A stretch of DNA of 64,000 nucleotides from an uncultured Dehalococcoidia bacterium (GTDB lineage: Bacteria; Chloroflexota; Dehalococcoidia; Lucifugimonadales; CAZENU01), in contig CAZENU010000003.1 of assembly GCA_964513735.1 (NCBI GenBank), forward strand, positions 50,736 to 114,735, read 5' to 3'. The stretch's first letter is position 1. Each line of letters begins with the position of its first letter. Position numbers and translations under genes: made by a program. The notes beneath the pieces were generated by a model. The model ran no database searches and was not told the DNA's origin. It saw only the letters and a list, made by a program, of their open reading frames with translations. Below, in pieces: positions 22,681 to 32,749 of this stretch.

Positions 22681-23277
22681 CTACGCCCTCCTACTAATGC
22701 AAAACGACCCGCGCTAATCTACCACATAGGTCACCGGCATCGACATGCGGTGGCCGATTCGCAGGTGGTGCGGGCCAAGCGACGGGTCGGCGACGATGTA
22801 GGGAACGGCGGCGGTGCTTGTCGGTGAGCTCGGCGACCACGGTTGTTTCATCTGTTCCGTTCTGTACCGTGACATATCTGGGCCGATGGCCAACGCGGTG
22901 ACGAATGGTACACCAGGAGTGCCGCTCGCGGTGGGTACCTGGGAAGTGGCCGCAATAGAGAAGGGACGGACCCGGCGGGTCTGTCCCTCACAGCTATGTC
23001 AGCACACATATGCGTGTGCGTCTAACCGCTGGTTCCATTGAGCAGGGTCAAACTTCAGCTGAAACACACGCTGCCCGCGCCGTTAGCTAGAGTGCAAGCA
23101 AGTCCCTAGTCGGCCCGCCGACTGTATCTCCCGACTCAATCGAACCCGGTCCCCCCGAAAACAGCGCCGAGCCCGGAGTCCCGGAGCGGGAGGGCTTTGA
23201 CACTGGCGTCGCCAGAGGATTGAAACGACGGGCGTTCTTCCCCGGGGCGGGTACCGGCCCCGGAGTGGGGTAGGCAC

Positions 23278-24702
23278 CTAGCGGAAGCGGTCGGCGAGGG
23301 TGTCGAGGACCCGGAGGCCGAGGAACGACGCGATGCCCAGTAGCTCCGGGCGCACGGACTCGATCGTGTCAGCCGGCGTATGGATCAGCGCCTGGTCGTC
23401 CGCCAGGAAGAACGCCACCGGTATACCGATGTCTCTGAACGGTGCATGGTCACTGCTGGCGCCCTCCAGGGGCACGCCCCTGTGCACCTCGATTCCGTTG
23501 GCCGCTCCGTGCGCCACCGCGGCTTCGACGAGGCTCCTGCTGCCGATGACCTCCGGGAACTCGCCGGTACCCGTCACGTCGAAGTTGAGCATCGCGACGA
23601 CCGACTCCCGTTCGGCCTGACTCAGTCCGTCGACGAAGTGCCGGCTGCCGAACAGACCGACCTCCTCGGAGCCGAACAGTACGAACCGCAAGTCGAAGGG
23701 GAAGCTCTTGCCGACGACCTCCCGAGCGACCGTCATCAACGTGGCCACGCCGGACCCGTTGTCGTTGGCCCCCTGGATGTCGGGGACGGTATCGTAGTGC
23801 GCGCCCAGCACGACGACCCGGCCACCCGAAGAATTGCCTGACATCTCCGCTATCACGTTTCGGGAGTTTGCGGTCTCGAAGACTATGGACACGGTCGCGG
23901 TCACGTCGCCAGCCGCCATGAGGGCATTGATGGCCTCTCCGTTCTCCTGCGAGATCGATATCGACGGGATGCTCGATTCCCGCATCAGGCGCCCGGAGAA
24001 TGCTCCGGGCTCATTGTTGTATACGACGGCCGCGATGGCACCGGCCTCCTCGACGCGCCGCACCTTGGACTCGAAAGTCAGAGTCCCCCGCTCGATCAGC
24101 GCTATTTTGCCGTTTACCTTCTCCGGATCGACGTCGAAGGCGAGCCCGACGTCTTCCAGCACGCCCGTCACCCGGCCCCTGGCCGCGAACCGCATCGGGA
24201 AGCCGTCGAATCGAAGCGGCTCGGGGCCTTCGATCGACAGCGCGGGGACGTCCCGGGAGAGGAGCTCGACGGTGAAGGGCTGCAGCCGCGTCTGCATCCC
24301 CAACACCTCGAACTCCGACATCAGGAAGTCGGCGGCGGCACGCTCCTCGTCCGTGGCGCTCTCACGGGGACTGAGCTGGCGCGTCAGAAACTCCAGCAGC
24401 CCCCAGGCCGTGTCGGCGAGCCGGGCCAGGACGCCCTCGGCGTCGGCGACGGGCTCGAACTGCGAGGTGGTTCCCGGGGCTGCAGCGGCCTGGCCCGTTG
24501 AGGTGCCGGCACTCGGCGTGGACGTGGGCTCGGGGGGCGGGACGGTCGCCGTGGGGGTGGCGGTCGCCTGAGGCTCCGCAGCAGCGACGGCCGCGGTGGC
24601 CCGTGGCGCCGGCCCGGCGGTCGAGTCGCACGCGACGGCGACCGCGGCCAGTACGATCACCGCGGCGAACAGCGGACGCCTCAACTTGCCCAAGAGACAC
24701 AT
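23278..24702 (-). CDS. M28-family aminopeptidase with PA domain, probable lipoprotein
   Basis: Contains GAHYDTVPDIQGANDNGSGVA and LFGSEEVGLFGS zinc-ligand motifs. I prefer the start at ATG 24702, which gives MCLLGKLRRPLFAAVIVLAAVAVAC, a signal peptide with a lipobox-like VAC. Confidence 0.85.
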   Translation of the reverse strand: MCLLGKLRRPLFAAVIVLAAVAVACDSTAGPAPRATAAVAAAEPQATATPTATVPPPEPTSTPSAGTSTGQAAAAPGTTSQFEPVADAEGVLARLADTAWGLLEFLTRQLSPRESATDEERAAADFLMSEFEVLGMQTRLQPFTVELLSRDVPALSIEGPEPLRFDGFPMRFAARGRVTGVLEDVGLAFDVDPEKVNGKIALIERGTLTFESKVRRVEEAGAIAAVVYNNEPGAFSGRLMRESSIPSISISQENGEAINALMAAGDVTATVSIVFETANSRNVIAEMSGNSSGGRVVVLGAHYDTVPDIQGANDNGSGVATLMTVAREVVGKSFPFDLRFVLFGSEEVGLFGSRHFVDGLSQAERESVVAMLNFDVTGTGEFPEVIGSRSLVEAAVAHGAANGIEVHRGVPLEGASSDHAPFRDIGIPVAFFLADDQALIHTPADTIESVRPELLGIASFLGLRVLDTLADRFR

Positions 24703-24904
24703 GCTGGAACGAACTCCGAAGGGTGCGAGGGACACAGTCCTCTGTTCTTCTCTACGAGGGTGGCGTCGGGTCGGGTTATTGCTCTCGCCGGTCGGTCCAC
24801 CGTCTGCCGGTGCGATACGCATGACGGCCGCACCCCGGGGCGCGGCCGTCATGCATGCGGTCGGATATGATTTGGCAGTCGCGCGTCACTCGCGGTGGCG
24901 CGCT

Positions 24905-27439
24905 CTACTTGAGGTCCTTCGGAGACACCCTCCCGTTGGGCTTGCCGTTGGACTTGGCCTTCGCCTTCAGGTCTGGGAGCACCCTGTCGGCCTTGGGGAC
25001 CTCGAGCTCGCGTACGCACGCGATGGCTGACACCGCGTCGTCGCGGTCCAGCTTGAATATCGTCACGCCCTGGGTCGCCCTTCCCGTGCTGCGAATCTCC
25101 GACAGGTTGGTACGCAGCACCAACGCCTTTCGCGACACGACGTAGACCTCGTCGCTGTCGGCGATCACCTCGGCGGCTGCCAAGGTACCGGTTTTCTTCG
25201 TAATGCTCAGCGTCTTGATGCCGGAACCGCCGCGGCCCTGCCGCCTGTAGCGGTTGAGGTCGGTCAGCTTGCCATAGCCCTGCTTTCCGATCACGAGGAG
25301 CTTGCTGTTGAGAACCACGATGTCCATCGCCATGATCCGGTCCTTCTTCGCCAGCGTCATCGCCCTGACACCGCCTGCCGCCCTCTGTCTCGCGGTGATG
25401 TCCGACACCGGGAACCGGATCGACATCCCCTGCTCTGTGACCATGATCAGGTCGTCCTCTTCCCTGGCGAGGCGGGCCGTCACCAGCTCGTCGCCCGGCT
25501 TCAGGTTCATGATGATCAGGCCCGACCTCCGGATCTTCGAGATCTGCTCCAGGGCGACGCGCTTGATGCTGCCCCGGCGTGTCACCAGGACCAGGAACAG
25601 CCCCTCCTCTTGTAGGCTGCTCACTCCGATGATGGAGTTGATGTGCTCCTTGTCGCTCAGAGGAATGACGTTGGCTATGGGCACTCCCCTGGTGTTGCGC
25701 GAGATGTCGGCCCTGAGCTCGTACGACTTGCTCGACAGCACTCTGCCCGTGTTCGTGAAGAACAGCAGCGTGTCGTGGGTGTCACCCACCAGGATGTGGC
25801 GGACCGGGTCGTCTTCTTTGGTCCGCATGCTGTAGACGCCCTTGCCGCCCCGATGCTGATTACGGTACGTGCCGGCCAGGATGCGTTTGATGTAGCCGCC
25901 CTGGCTCAGCGTGACGACGACCTGCTCGTGGGCCTCGAGGTCCTCACGTCTGAAGTCCTGCACCTCTGCCTGGATGGTGGTGCGGCGGGCGCCACGGACC
26001 TTCTTTTTCAGCTCCTCGGTCTCGCCGGCCACCTCGGCCGACACCTTGGCCGGATCGGCCAGCAGCTCCTCCAGCTCCTTGATGGTCGCCCGCAGCTCCT
26101 GGTATTCGGTCTCGATCCTCTCTCGCTCCAGGGCGGCTATCCTGCGAAGCTGCATGTCCAGGATCGCCTGAGCCTGGACGTCGTCCAGATCGTACCACTC
26201 CATCAACCCCTTCTTGGCAGCGTCGGCGTCCGCCGCGCCTCTGATCAGGGCGATGATCGAGTCCAGGTTGTCCAGGGCGATCTTGAGGCCCTCCAGGATG
26301 TGGGCCCGCTGCTGTGCTCGCTTCAGTTCGAACTGGGCCCGCCTGGTGACCACCTCGCGCCGGAAGTCGATGTAGTGTTGCAGCGCCGACTTGAGCGTGA
26401 TTACCTTAGGCGAGCCCCCGACCAGCGCCAGCATGTTGGCGGAGAACGTGCTCTGCATCGCCGTGAGCTTGTACAGGTTATTGAGCACGATCAGGCCCTG
26501 GGCGCCCGAGCGCAGCTCGATCACTATGCGCATGCCCTGACGGTTGGACTCGTCGCGAATGTCCGAGATGCCCTCGAGCCGCTTCGTTTTGACCAGTGTC
26601 GCAATCTTCTCGATCAGGGCGGCCTTGTTCACCTGGTATGGCAGCTCGCTGACGATGATCTGCATCCGGCCGGAACTTTTGGGCTGCTCGATCTCCGCGA
26701 CCGCCCGTACGACCATCTGTCCGCGGCCGGTCGTGTAGACGCTCCTGATGCCCTCGCGCCCCATGATGGTGGCCCCGGTGGGAAAGTCGGGTCCTCGTAC
26801 GTGGCGCATCAGATCCTCTGACGTAGCGTCGGGGTTCTCGATCAGGGCGAGCACCCCGTTGCACACCTCGGTCGCGTTTTGGGGAGGGATGTTGGTGGCC
26901 ATGCCGACCGCGATGCCGGAGGCCCCGTTGATCAGAAGATTGGGTAGCCGGGCCGGCAGCACCACGGGCTCTCGAAGCGTTCCATCAAAGTTGTCGATGA
27001 AATCGACCGTATCCTGGTCCAGATTGGCCAGTATCTCGGTCGCGGCCTGGCTGAGCCTGGCCTCCGTGTACCGCATGGCGGCGGGAGGATCGTTGTCGAC
27101 GCTGCCGAAGTTGCCCTGGCCGTCCACCAGCGGCAGCCGGAGGGAGAAGGGCTGCGCCATGCGCACCAGCGCGTCGTAAACAGGGGAGTCGCCGTGGGGG
27201 TGCCACTTGCCAAGCACCTCGCCAACCAGGCGGGCGCTCTTCTTGTACGCGGCGTTGGGCCGCATGCCCAGGTCATTCATAGCGTAGAGGATGCGGCGCT
27301 GCACCGGCTTCAGACCGTCGCGCACGTCGGGCAGAGCCCGCGCGACGATCACGCTCATCGCGTACTCCATGTAGGAGGTCCGCATCTCGTCTTCGAGCTG
27401 CGCGGGCTTTATGAAACCGTGCTCGGTCTTGTTGTCCAT
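24905..27439 (-). CDS. gyrA: DNA gyrase subunit A
   Basis: 844 aa, with [19 protein letters not shown], the AAMRYTE active-site Tyr region and C-terminal beta-pinwheel repeats. Confidence 0.97.
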   Translation of the reverse strand: MDNKTEHGFIKPAQLEDEMRTSYMEYAMSVIVARALPDVRDGLKPVQRRILYAMNDLGMRPNAAYKKSARLVGEVLGKWHPHGDSPVYDALVRMAQPFSLRLPLVDGQGNFGSVDNDPPAAMRYTEARLSQAATEILANLDQDTVDFIDNFDGTLREPVVLPARLPNLLINGASGIAVGMATNIPPQNATEVCNGVLALIENPDATSEDLMRHVRGPDFPTGATIMGREGIRSVYTTGRGQMVVRAVAEIEQPKSSGRMQIIVSELPYQVNKAALIEKIATLVKTKRLEGISDIRDESNRQGMRIVIELRSGAQGLIVLNNLYKLTAMQSTFSANMLALVGGSPKVITLKSALQHYIDFRREVVTRRAQFELKRAQQRAHILEGLKIALDNLDSIIALIRGAADADAAKKGLMEWYDLDDVQAQAILDMQLRRIAALERERIETEYQELRATIKELEELLADPAKVSAEVAGETEELKKKVRGARRTTIQAEVQDFRREDLEAHEQVVVTLSQGGYIKRILAGTYRNQHRGGKGVYSMRTKEDDPVRHILVGDTHDTLLFFTNTGRVLSSKSYELRADISRNTRGVPIANVIPLSDKEHINSIIGVSSLQEEGLFLVLVTRRGSIKRVALEQISKIRRSGLIIMNLKPGDELVTARLAREEDDLIMVTEQGMSIRFPVSDITARQRAAGGVRAMTLAKKDRIMAMDIVVLNSKLLVIGKQGYGKLTDLNRYRRQGRGGSGIKTLSITKKTGTLAAAEVIADSDEVYVVSRKALVLRTNLSEIRSTGRATQGVTIFKLDRDDAVSAIACVRELEVPKADRVLPDLKAKAKSNGKPNGRVSPKDLK

Positions 27440-27710
27440 GTATCACTCCTGCGCGCGGCCGGTCTGTTGACTGCTGCCCGTTCATACGAGCAGGGTGTGT
27501 GGGATATGCGTGAGCGTCCCGTGAGGCGGGATTCGGAAATTGTGGCTATACCACAATATCTGGGCGTCTACACGCATTATATCACTTCAAGTAGTATTCA
27601 TATAGGGTCTTCAGAGGCTTTTTCACGGCCTCCGGACACGGGGCCGAAGCCTTGACACTATACGTGCCAGACCAATACCATCGCCGCCCAACTCGGCCGA
27701 CAAATCAGCC

Positions 27711-27899
27711 ATGCACTCCCAACCTGACTCTGTCGCCTACGCGATCATGGACATCGCCGCAACGTTCACCTCCCCTGACGGTCAGAGCATAGACATAGCC
27801 CTGGAGGCGGGGCAGGCGGTGTTCAGCCACGCCATTACCCACGAGACCGAGGCCACCGGCGACGGAGTGTCGCGCGTGCTGCTCTTCGAGCTGAAGTAG
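27711..27899 (+). CDS. hypothetical small protein (62 aa)
   Basis: Strong third-position GC bias consistent with coding. It sits directly upstream of the FAD oxidoreductase. No family recognised. Confidence 0.4.
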   Translation: MHSQPDSVAYAIMDIAATFTSPDGQSIDIALEAGQAVFSHAITHETEATGDGVSRVLLFELK

Positions 27900-27944
27900 C
27901 CGGCCCATAGCCCGCCATCCGTGGTCGCGCCGCACGGACAACAC

Positions 27945-29315
27945 ATGGACCCAGACAAAGTCGCCGGCCGACAAATAGTCGTGGTGGGCGCCGGGATGGC
28001 CGGCCTCGTCGCTGCCGTGCAGGCCCAGGAGCTGGGCGCGGACGTCGTCGTGCTGGAAAAAGGCGACGAGCCGGGCGGCTCCATGGCCATGTCCGGCGGC
28101 ACCGTCTGGTGCCCCAGGACCTACGAGGACGTCCGGCGTCTCGTGCCCCGCGGAGACCCGAAGCTCGCACTGACCCTGGTCTCAAGCTACCTCGACGGGG
28201 TGTCCTGGCTCAAGGGCATTGGGACGGGGCTGCGGGAGATGCACGCCGAGGCCTACCGCGGGATAGACCGGTACGCCTACGAGTTATACCCGGGGCCGCA
28301 GGACTTCACCCGGCACATGGTATCCCGCCTCAACGGCATCGGCGGCAGGCTCATGACGAAGGCAGCGGCCTCGGAGCTGCTGCTGGATGACGCGGGCGCG
28401 GTCAGCGGAGTTCGTGTCGACACCCCCAGCGGGGCCGAGACAGTACCCGCCACGGCGGTCATTCTGGCCACGGGCGGTTTTCAGGGCAACCCCGAGCTGA
28501 TGTCGCGGTACTTTGGACGCTGGAGCGACCGTCTGGTCCTGCGCGCCAACCTGAACAGCACCGGCGACGGCTTCCTCATGGGCTCGGCCGTTGGCGCCGC
28601 GCCGAGCCGGGCCATGAGCAGTTTCTACGGCCATCTGATCTCGGCGCCGCCGGCCGTGGTACCCCGCGATTCCTTCACGCTATACACCCACTACTACAGC
28701 CAGCACGCCGTCCTGCTGGACCTTCGGGGCGAGCGGTTCGTAGACGAGTCCAGGTGCGACGAGACCAACGCTGAGGCCGTCGTCCGTCAGCCCGAGGCGA
28801 TGGCCTTCCTTGTCTTCGATGAAGAGGTGCACACGAAGTACGGCCACAGGTCCGCCGGTCCCGGCGCTCCGGAGTACAGCGTTTTTGAGAAGTGCAGGTC
28901 CCTCGGCGGAGTCAGCACCGTTGCCCCGACCCTGGAGGACCTGGCTGCCGAGCTCCAGGCCGGCGGCGTGTACGGCCGTGGGGTGCTTCGGACGATCCAG
29001 GAGTACAACGAGGCTATCACCGAAGGCCGGGGCCCCGAGCTGCGCATATCCCGCACGGAGTTTCCCAACCCCGTGGCAACCCCGCCGTTCTACGCCCTGG
29101 CGGTCACGGCGGGAGTGACCATCACCTACGGCGGCCTGCGCATCAACTCCGACGCCCAGGTGATCGGGCGCAGCGGCCGACCCGTCCGAGGCCTGTACGC
29201 CGCGGGGGCCGACGCCGGCGGCATCTACAACGAGGGGTACGCCGGCGGGCTGGCAATGGGCATGGTCTTCGGCCGGCAGGCCGCCCGACACGCCGTGTCC
29301 TACGTAGCCGCCTGA
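27945..29315 (+). CDS. FAD-dependent oxidoreductase (fumarate reductase / KstD-like flavoprotein family)
   Basis: Dinucleotide fold IVVVGAGMAGLVAAVQAQELGADVVVLEKGDEPGGS, and C-terminal GLYAAGADAGG. I prefer ATG 27945 over the upstream GTG. Confidence 0.8.
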   Translation: MDPDKVAGRQIVVVGAGMAGLVAAVQAQELGADVVVLEKGDEPGGSMAMSGGTVWCPRTYEDVRRLVPRGDPKLALTLVSSYLDGVSWLKGIGTGLREMHAEAYRGIDRYAYELYPGPQDFTRHMVSRLNGIGGRLMTKAAASELLLDDAGAVSGVRVDTPSGAETVPATAVILATGGFQGNPELMSRYFGRWSDRLVLRANLNSTGDGFLMGSAVGAAPSRAMSSFYGHLISAPPAVVPRDSFTLYTHYYSQHAVLLDLRGERFVDESRCDETNAEAVVRQPEAMAFLVFDEEVHTKYGHRSAGPGAPEYSVFEKCRSLGGVSTVAPTLEDLAAELQAGGVYGRGVLRTIQEYNEAITEGRGPELRISRTEFPNPVATPPFYALAVTAGVTITYGGLRINSDAQVIGRSGRPVRGLYAAGADAGGIYNEGYAGGLAMGMVFGRQAARHAVSYVAA

Positions 29316-29393
29316 ACCGCGCCGCCCCATCAGCTACCTGTGCTTCGAATGGAGAAGCCGGTCAGGGTGACCGGAGCGTCGCTCCGACAGGTC

Positions 29394-30032
29394 CTATCGA
29401 GCCGCCCGCTTGACGAGCCCCTGGAACAGCCGGTCGAACTGCGGGGGTACCTCCATGCGCCTCTCGGGGTTGAACTGGACCGCGATCACCCAGTCATGCT
29501 CAGGGCTCTCCACCCCCTCGATAACGCCGTCCTCCAGTCCATAGGCCGAGGCCATCAGTCGCGGCGCTTTCTGAGCCTCTCGCAGGCCGGCATTGTGCCG
29601 GCTGTTCACCCTGACGAAGCCGCCGGAGCCCACGATGGCGGCAAGCTTGCTTCCCACCGCCACGTAGATGCGATGGTAGGCGGACGCGGGCTCGCCGTCT
29701 TCTAGCTCGGTCCCGTGGCCAGTGATCTGCCTCGGCGCGGCGCCGCCGAAAGCGACGTTTACGGCCTGCATCCCAAGACCCACGCCTAGTACCGGCAGAC
29801 CGCGCTCCACCGCGGCCTCGATCAGCAACCGCATCCAGTCGGCGTAGCCATGGCCCATTCCGTCTCCCCCATCCGCGAGGATCAGGCCGCCCAGACCGTC
29901 CAGCACGCTAGCCGCCGAAGCCTCGGCAGGCACTGCCATGAGGTTTCCCCCGGACCGTTCCACTATTCGGGCGTGTAGCTCAAGATCGCCTGACGCCGAG
30001 CCGACTAATCCTATGTTAGGAACGTTAGACAT
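29394..30032 (-). CDS. peptidase C26 / class-I glutamine amidotransferase-like protein lacking the catalytic Cys and His
   Basis: 212 aa with the family layout, but PVLGVGLGMQAVNVAFGG replaces LG[IV]C[RL]GxQ and AVQFNPE replaces GVQ[WF]HPE. Confidence 0.7.
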   Translation of the reverse strand: MSNVPNIGLVGSASGDLELHARIVERSGGNLMAVPAEASAASVLDGLGGLILADGGDGMGHGYADWMRLLIEAAVERGLPVLGVGLGMQAVNVAFGGAAPRQITGHGTELEDGEPASAYHRIYVAVGSKLAAIVGSGGFVRVNSRHNAGLREAQKAPRLMASAYGLEDGVIEGVESPEHDWVIAVQFNPERRMEVPPQFDRLFQGLVKRAAR

Positions 30033-30086
30033 GGCTCACACAGACCGGCCTACTGCTTGTCAGACCACCAGACCGCCAGCGGACCA

Positions 30087-30797
30087 TCAACCCGCGAGCA
30101 TCTCCTCCACTACGCCGGTCACCCCGTCGATGGCGGTGTCGATCAGCACTCGGCCCTTCTCCGCGGTCGACTCGGCGAGCCCGGGCTCATCCTGCTCTCC
30201 CATTGCGTCACGCCGCACGCTGTCGGGGTTGACCTTCATCATGATCGACGTCTCGAACTCCCCCGCGTGTCCGGGGTAGTGTTCGTTGAAGAGCACGTCC
30301 TGGACGACCTCCTTCGGGACCAGGTCCCAGTAGCTGTGGAACCTGAGATCGACCTTCGGACCACCGGTGGCCGCTGCGGAGTTCTTGAAGAAGAGCTGCC
30401 ACTGGCGCATCGACGATTCGACGGGCACGACGTTTCCGCCGTGGCCGTTGAGGAGCAGCACGTTCTTGACGCCCACGCGCACCAGGCTCTCGACCGCGTC
30501 GAAGAGCACCGCAAGCCAGCTACCCGGCTTGGCCGTCAGGGTGCCGGGGTGCTTCATGTGGTGCTCCGAGATGCCAACGGCCATCGGCACCGCCACGGCC
30601 ACGTTGGGATACAGCCGCTTCGCGACGCTCTCGGCCACGTACGTGCTGGAGGCGATGTCCTGGTCCATCGCCAGGTGCTCGAGGTGCTGCTCGATGCTGC
30701 CGGTGGCCAGAATGGCGGCCCCGAAGTGACCCACCTCCCGCGCCTCGCGAAACTCCCGCCTCGTCAGCCTCTCCAGCCGGAACTCGCGTTCTCCCAT
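30087..30797 (-). CDS. creatininase-family amidohydrolase
   Basis: Contains ILATGSIEQHLEHL, ISEHHMKHPGTL and LLLNGHGGN. The start is ATG 30797, preceded by AGGAGG. Confidence 0.8.
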   Translation of the reverse strand: MGEREFRLERLTRREFREAREVGHFGAAILATGSIEQHLEHLAMDQDIASSTYVAESVAKRLYPNVAVAVPMAVGISEHHMKHPGTLTAKPGSWLAVLFDAVESLVRVGVKNVLLLNGHGGNVVPVESSMRQWQLFFKNSAAATGGPKVDLRFHSYWDLVPKEVVQDVLFNEHYPGHAGEFETSIMMKVNPDSVRRDAMGEQDEPGLAESTAEKGRVLIDTAIDGVTGVVEEMLAG

Positions 30798-31036
30798 GGC
30801 ATCGCCTCCTCGGGAATCATCGGTCTCGGTCCCAGTAGCGACTTTGCTGGCCCGCCGGTCGCTGCGCCCCAGGCGACCGCTCCCCAAGACCGGCCGCGAA
30901 CACCTTCGGCCACCCCTCGGCCAAGCCAATTATCACGGTTGTGAGCGAGATATGTCCATGCTATGATTCAGCCAACTCTTTCCCGACGTCACAGGCCTCC
31001 TCGGACGCCCGTGCGTTAGGCCACCGGAAGGGCTAT

Positions 31037-32095
31037 ATGGCCACCGTAAAAGCGAAGGCATTGGAGCTGGCTTTAGACCAGATCGGCCGGCAGTTCGGTC
31101 GCGGCACTGTGATGCGGCTGGGCGACACAAGCTCCGATGGCCACGCCCAGGCAATCTCCACGGGCTCGCTCGCCCTCGATATCGCCCTGGGCATCGGCGG
31201 GATCCCCAGGGGTCGCGTTACCGAGATCTTCGGTGTCGAGTCCGCTGCCAAATCCACTCTGGCATTCCACGTGATGGCCGAAGCCCAGCGTGCGGGCGGC
31301 ACGGCAGCCTACCTGGACGCCGAGCATGCCCTCGACCCCCTTTACGTCGGCAATTGCGGTGTAGACGTCCAGGAGCTGCTAATCTCACAGCCCGACTCGG
31401 CGGAGCAAGGCCTCGAGATCACCGAGTACTTGGTCCGCAGCGGCGCCCTGGACATCGTCGTCGTCGACAGCGTCGCGGCGCTGGTCCCCAGGGCGGAGCT
31501 GGAGGGCGATATGGGCGACACCCACGTCGGCCTCCAGGCCCGCCTGATGTCCCAGGCGCTCCGCAAGCTGACGGCGGCGATCAGCCGGTCGAACACGGCG
31601 GTGATCTTCGTCAACCAGCTCAGGGAGAAGGTCGGCGTCATCTGGGGAAGCCCGGAGGTAACCCCCGGCGGACGCGCCCTCAAGTTCTACAGCTCTGTGC
31701 GCATCGATCTGCGAAGGCTCGAATCTATCAAGCAGGGCACCGAAATCGTCGGCAGCCGTATCCGAGCCCGCGTCGTCAAGAACAAGGTCGCGCCGCCCTT
31801 CCGCGTCGCCGAGTTCGACGTAATGTTCAGCCAGGGGATCAGCAAGGAAGGCGACCTGATCGAGCTAGGCGAGGAGATGGGCCTGATCAAGAAGAGCGGC
31901 TCCTTCTACTCCTACGAGGACACACGCCTCGGCCAGGGCCGCGAGAACGCCAAGGCGTTCATCAGAGAGCACTCCGAGGTGGCCGCCGCCATCGAGAGCC
32001 AGATCAGGGCCAACGCCGACATCCCACACCTGGGGGACTCGCCCGGCGAAACGGTCGTGCCGGCCGCCGGTGCGAAAGCCGCCGCCAGCTCCTAG
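31037..32095 (+). CDS. recA: recombinase RecA
   Basis: [30 protein letters not shown], the Walker A-position motif [12 protein letters not shown] and VVVDSVAAL. The start is ATG 31037. Confidence 0.97.
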   Translation: MATVKAKALELALDQIGRQFGRGTVMRLGDTSSDGHAQAISTGSLALDIALGIGGIPRGRVTEIFGVESAAKSTLAFHVMAEAQRAGGTAAYLDAEHALDPLYVGNCGVDVQELLISQPDSAEQGLEITEYLVRSGALDIVVVDSVAALVPRAELEGDMGDTHVGLQARLMSQALRKLTAAISRSNTAVIFVNQLREKVGVIWGSPEVTPGGRALKFYSSVRIDLRRLESIKQGTEIVGSRIRARVVKNKVAPPFRVAEFDVMFSQGISKEGDLIELGEEMGLIKKSGSFYSYEDTRLGQGRENAKAFIREHSEVAAAIESQIRANADIPHLGDSPGETVVPAAGAKAAASS

Positions 32096-32197
32096 CGCAC
32101 CGTTCCACCTCCGGTGGTTCGCCGTTGTTGACGAAGGGGCCACGGCTGTTCCTATGGTGTGCCGCACATACTCGATTCCGCCCCAGGCGTTAGACCA

Positions 32198-32749
32198 ATG
32201 AGCGACCGCGACCCGCGCCAGAGAGCCCGCGCCGCCGCACTGCGGTTCATCGCCTACCGGCCCCGGACTGAGGCCGAGGTCCGCGACCGGCTCCGCCGCA
32301 GGTTCACCGAGCCCGTCGTCGCCGACGCCATCGCCTCTCTCAGAGCCTTGGACCTCCTGAACGACGCCAAGTTCGCCCGCGAGTGGACCGAAAGCAGGTC
32401 AGCCCGACGCCCACGAAGCGCCCGGGCCATCACTCGCGAGCTGCTCGCCAAAGGCGTCGCCGAGACCGTCGCCAGCATGGCGGTCCAAGACGTCGACGAC
32501 GACGATGCCGGCTACCGCGCCGGCCAGAAATACGCTAAGACCAGCACGCGGCTTGATGTCGCGACTTTCCAGCGCCGTCTGCTCGCTTACCTCCAGCGCC
32601 GCAGCTTCAGCCAGGCCGTCTGCCGCCGTGTCATCATGAAACTCACAGCCGAGCGCACCGCCGACTCGGAGCCGGAAGCTACCACAGAGGACACAGAATC
32701 GGTAAGAGAATATCCAGGAGACCGAGAAGATATGGGGTGTGGAGCCTGA
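32198..32749 (+). CDS. recX: RecA regulator RecX
   Basis: Immediately downstream of recA. It has RecX-like helical repeats (ALRFIAYRPRTEAEVRDRLRRR..., LNDAKFAREW). Confidence 0.8.
   Translation: MSDRDPRQRARAAALRFIAYRPRTEAEVRDRLRRRFTEPVVADAIASLRALDLLNDAKFAREWTESRSARRPRSARAITRELLAKGVAETVASMAVQDVDDDDAGYRAGQKYAKTSTRLDVATFQRRLLAYLQRRSFSQAVCRRVIMKLTAERTADSEPEATTEDTESVREYPGDREDMGCGA

Noticed and set aside
23130-23160. tRNA-like TCGAACCC box
   Set aside because: The flanking bases cannot form a T stem or an acceptor stem. The only convincing tRNA is at 16465..16549.
23195-23226. Calling a CRISPR array
   Set aside because: I saw only a single repeat-like unit, with no spacer-repeat periodicity and no cas genes in the window. 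It is kept only as a low-interest observation.
30930-31036. LexA/SOS box upstream of recA
   Set aside because: I looked for GAAC-N4-GTTC-type and CTGT-N8-ACAG-type palindromes and saw none. I cannot exclude a lineage-specific motif.
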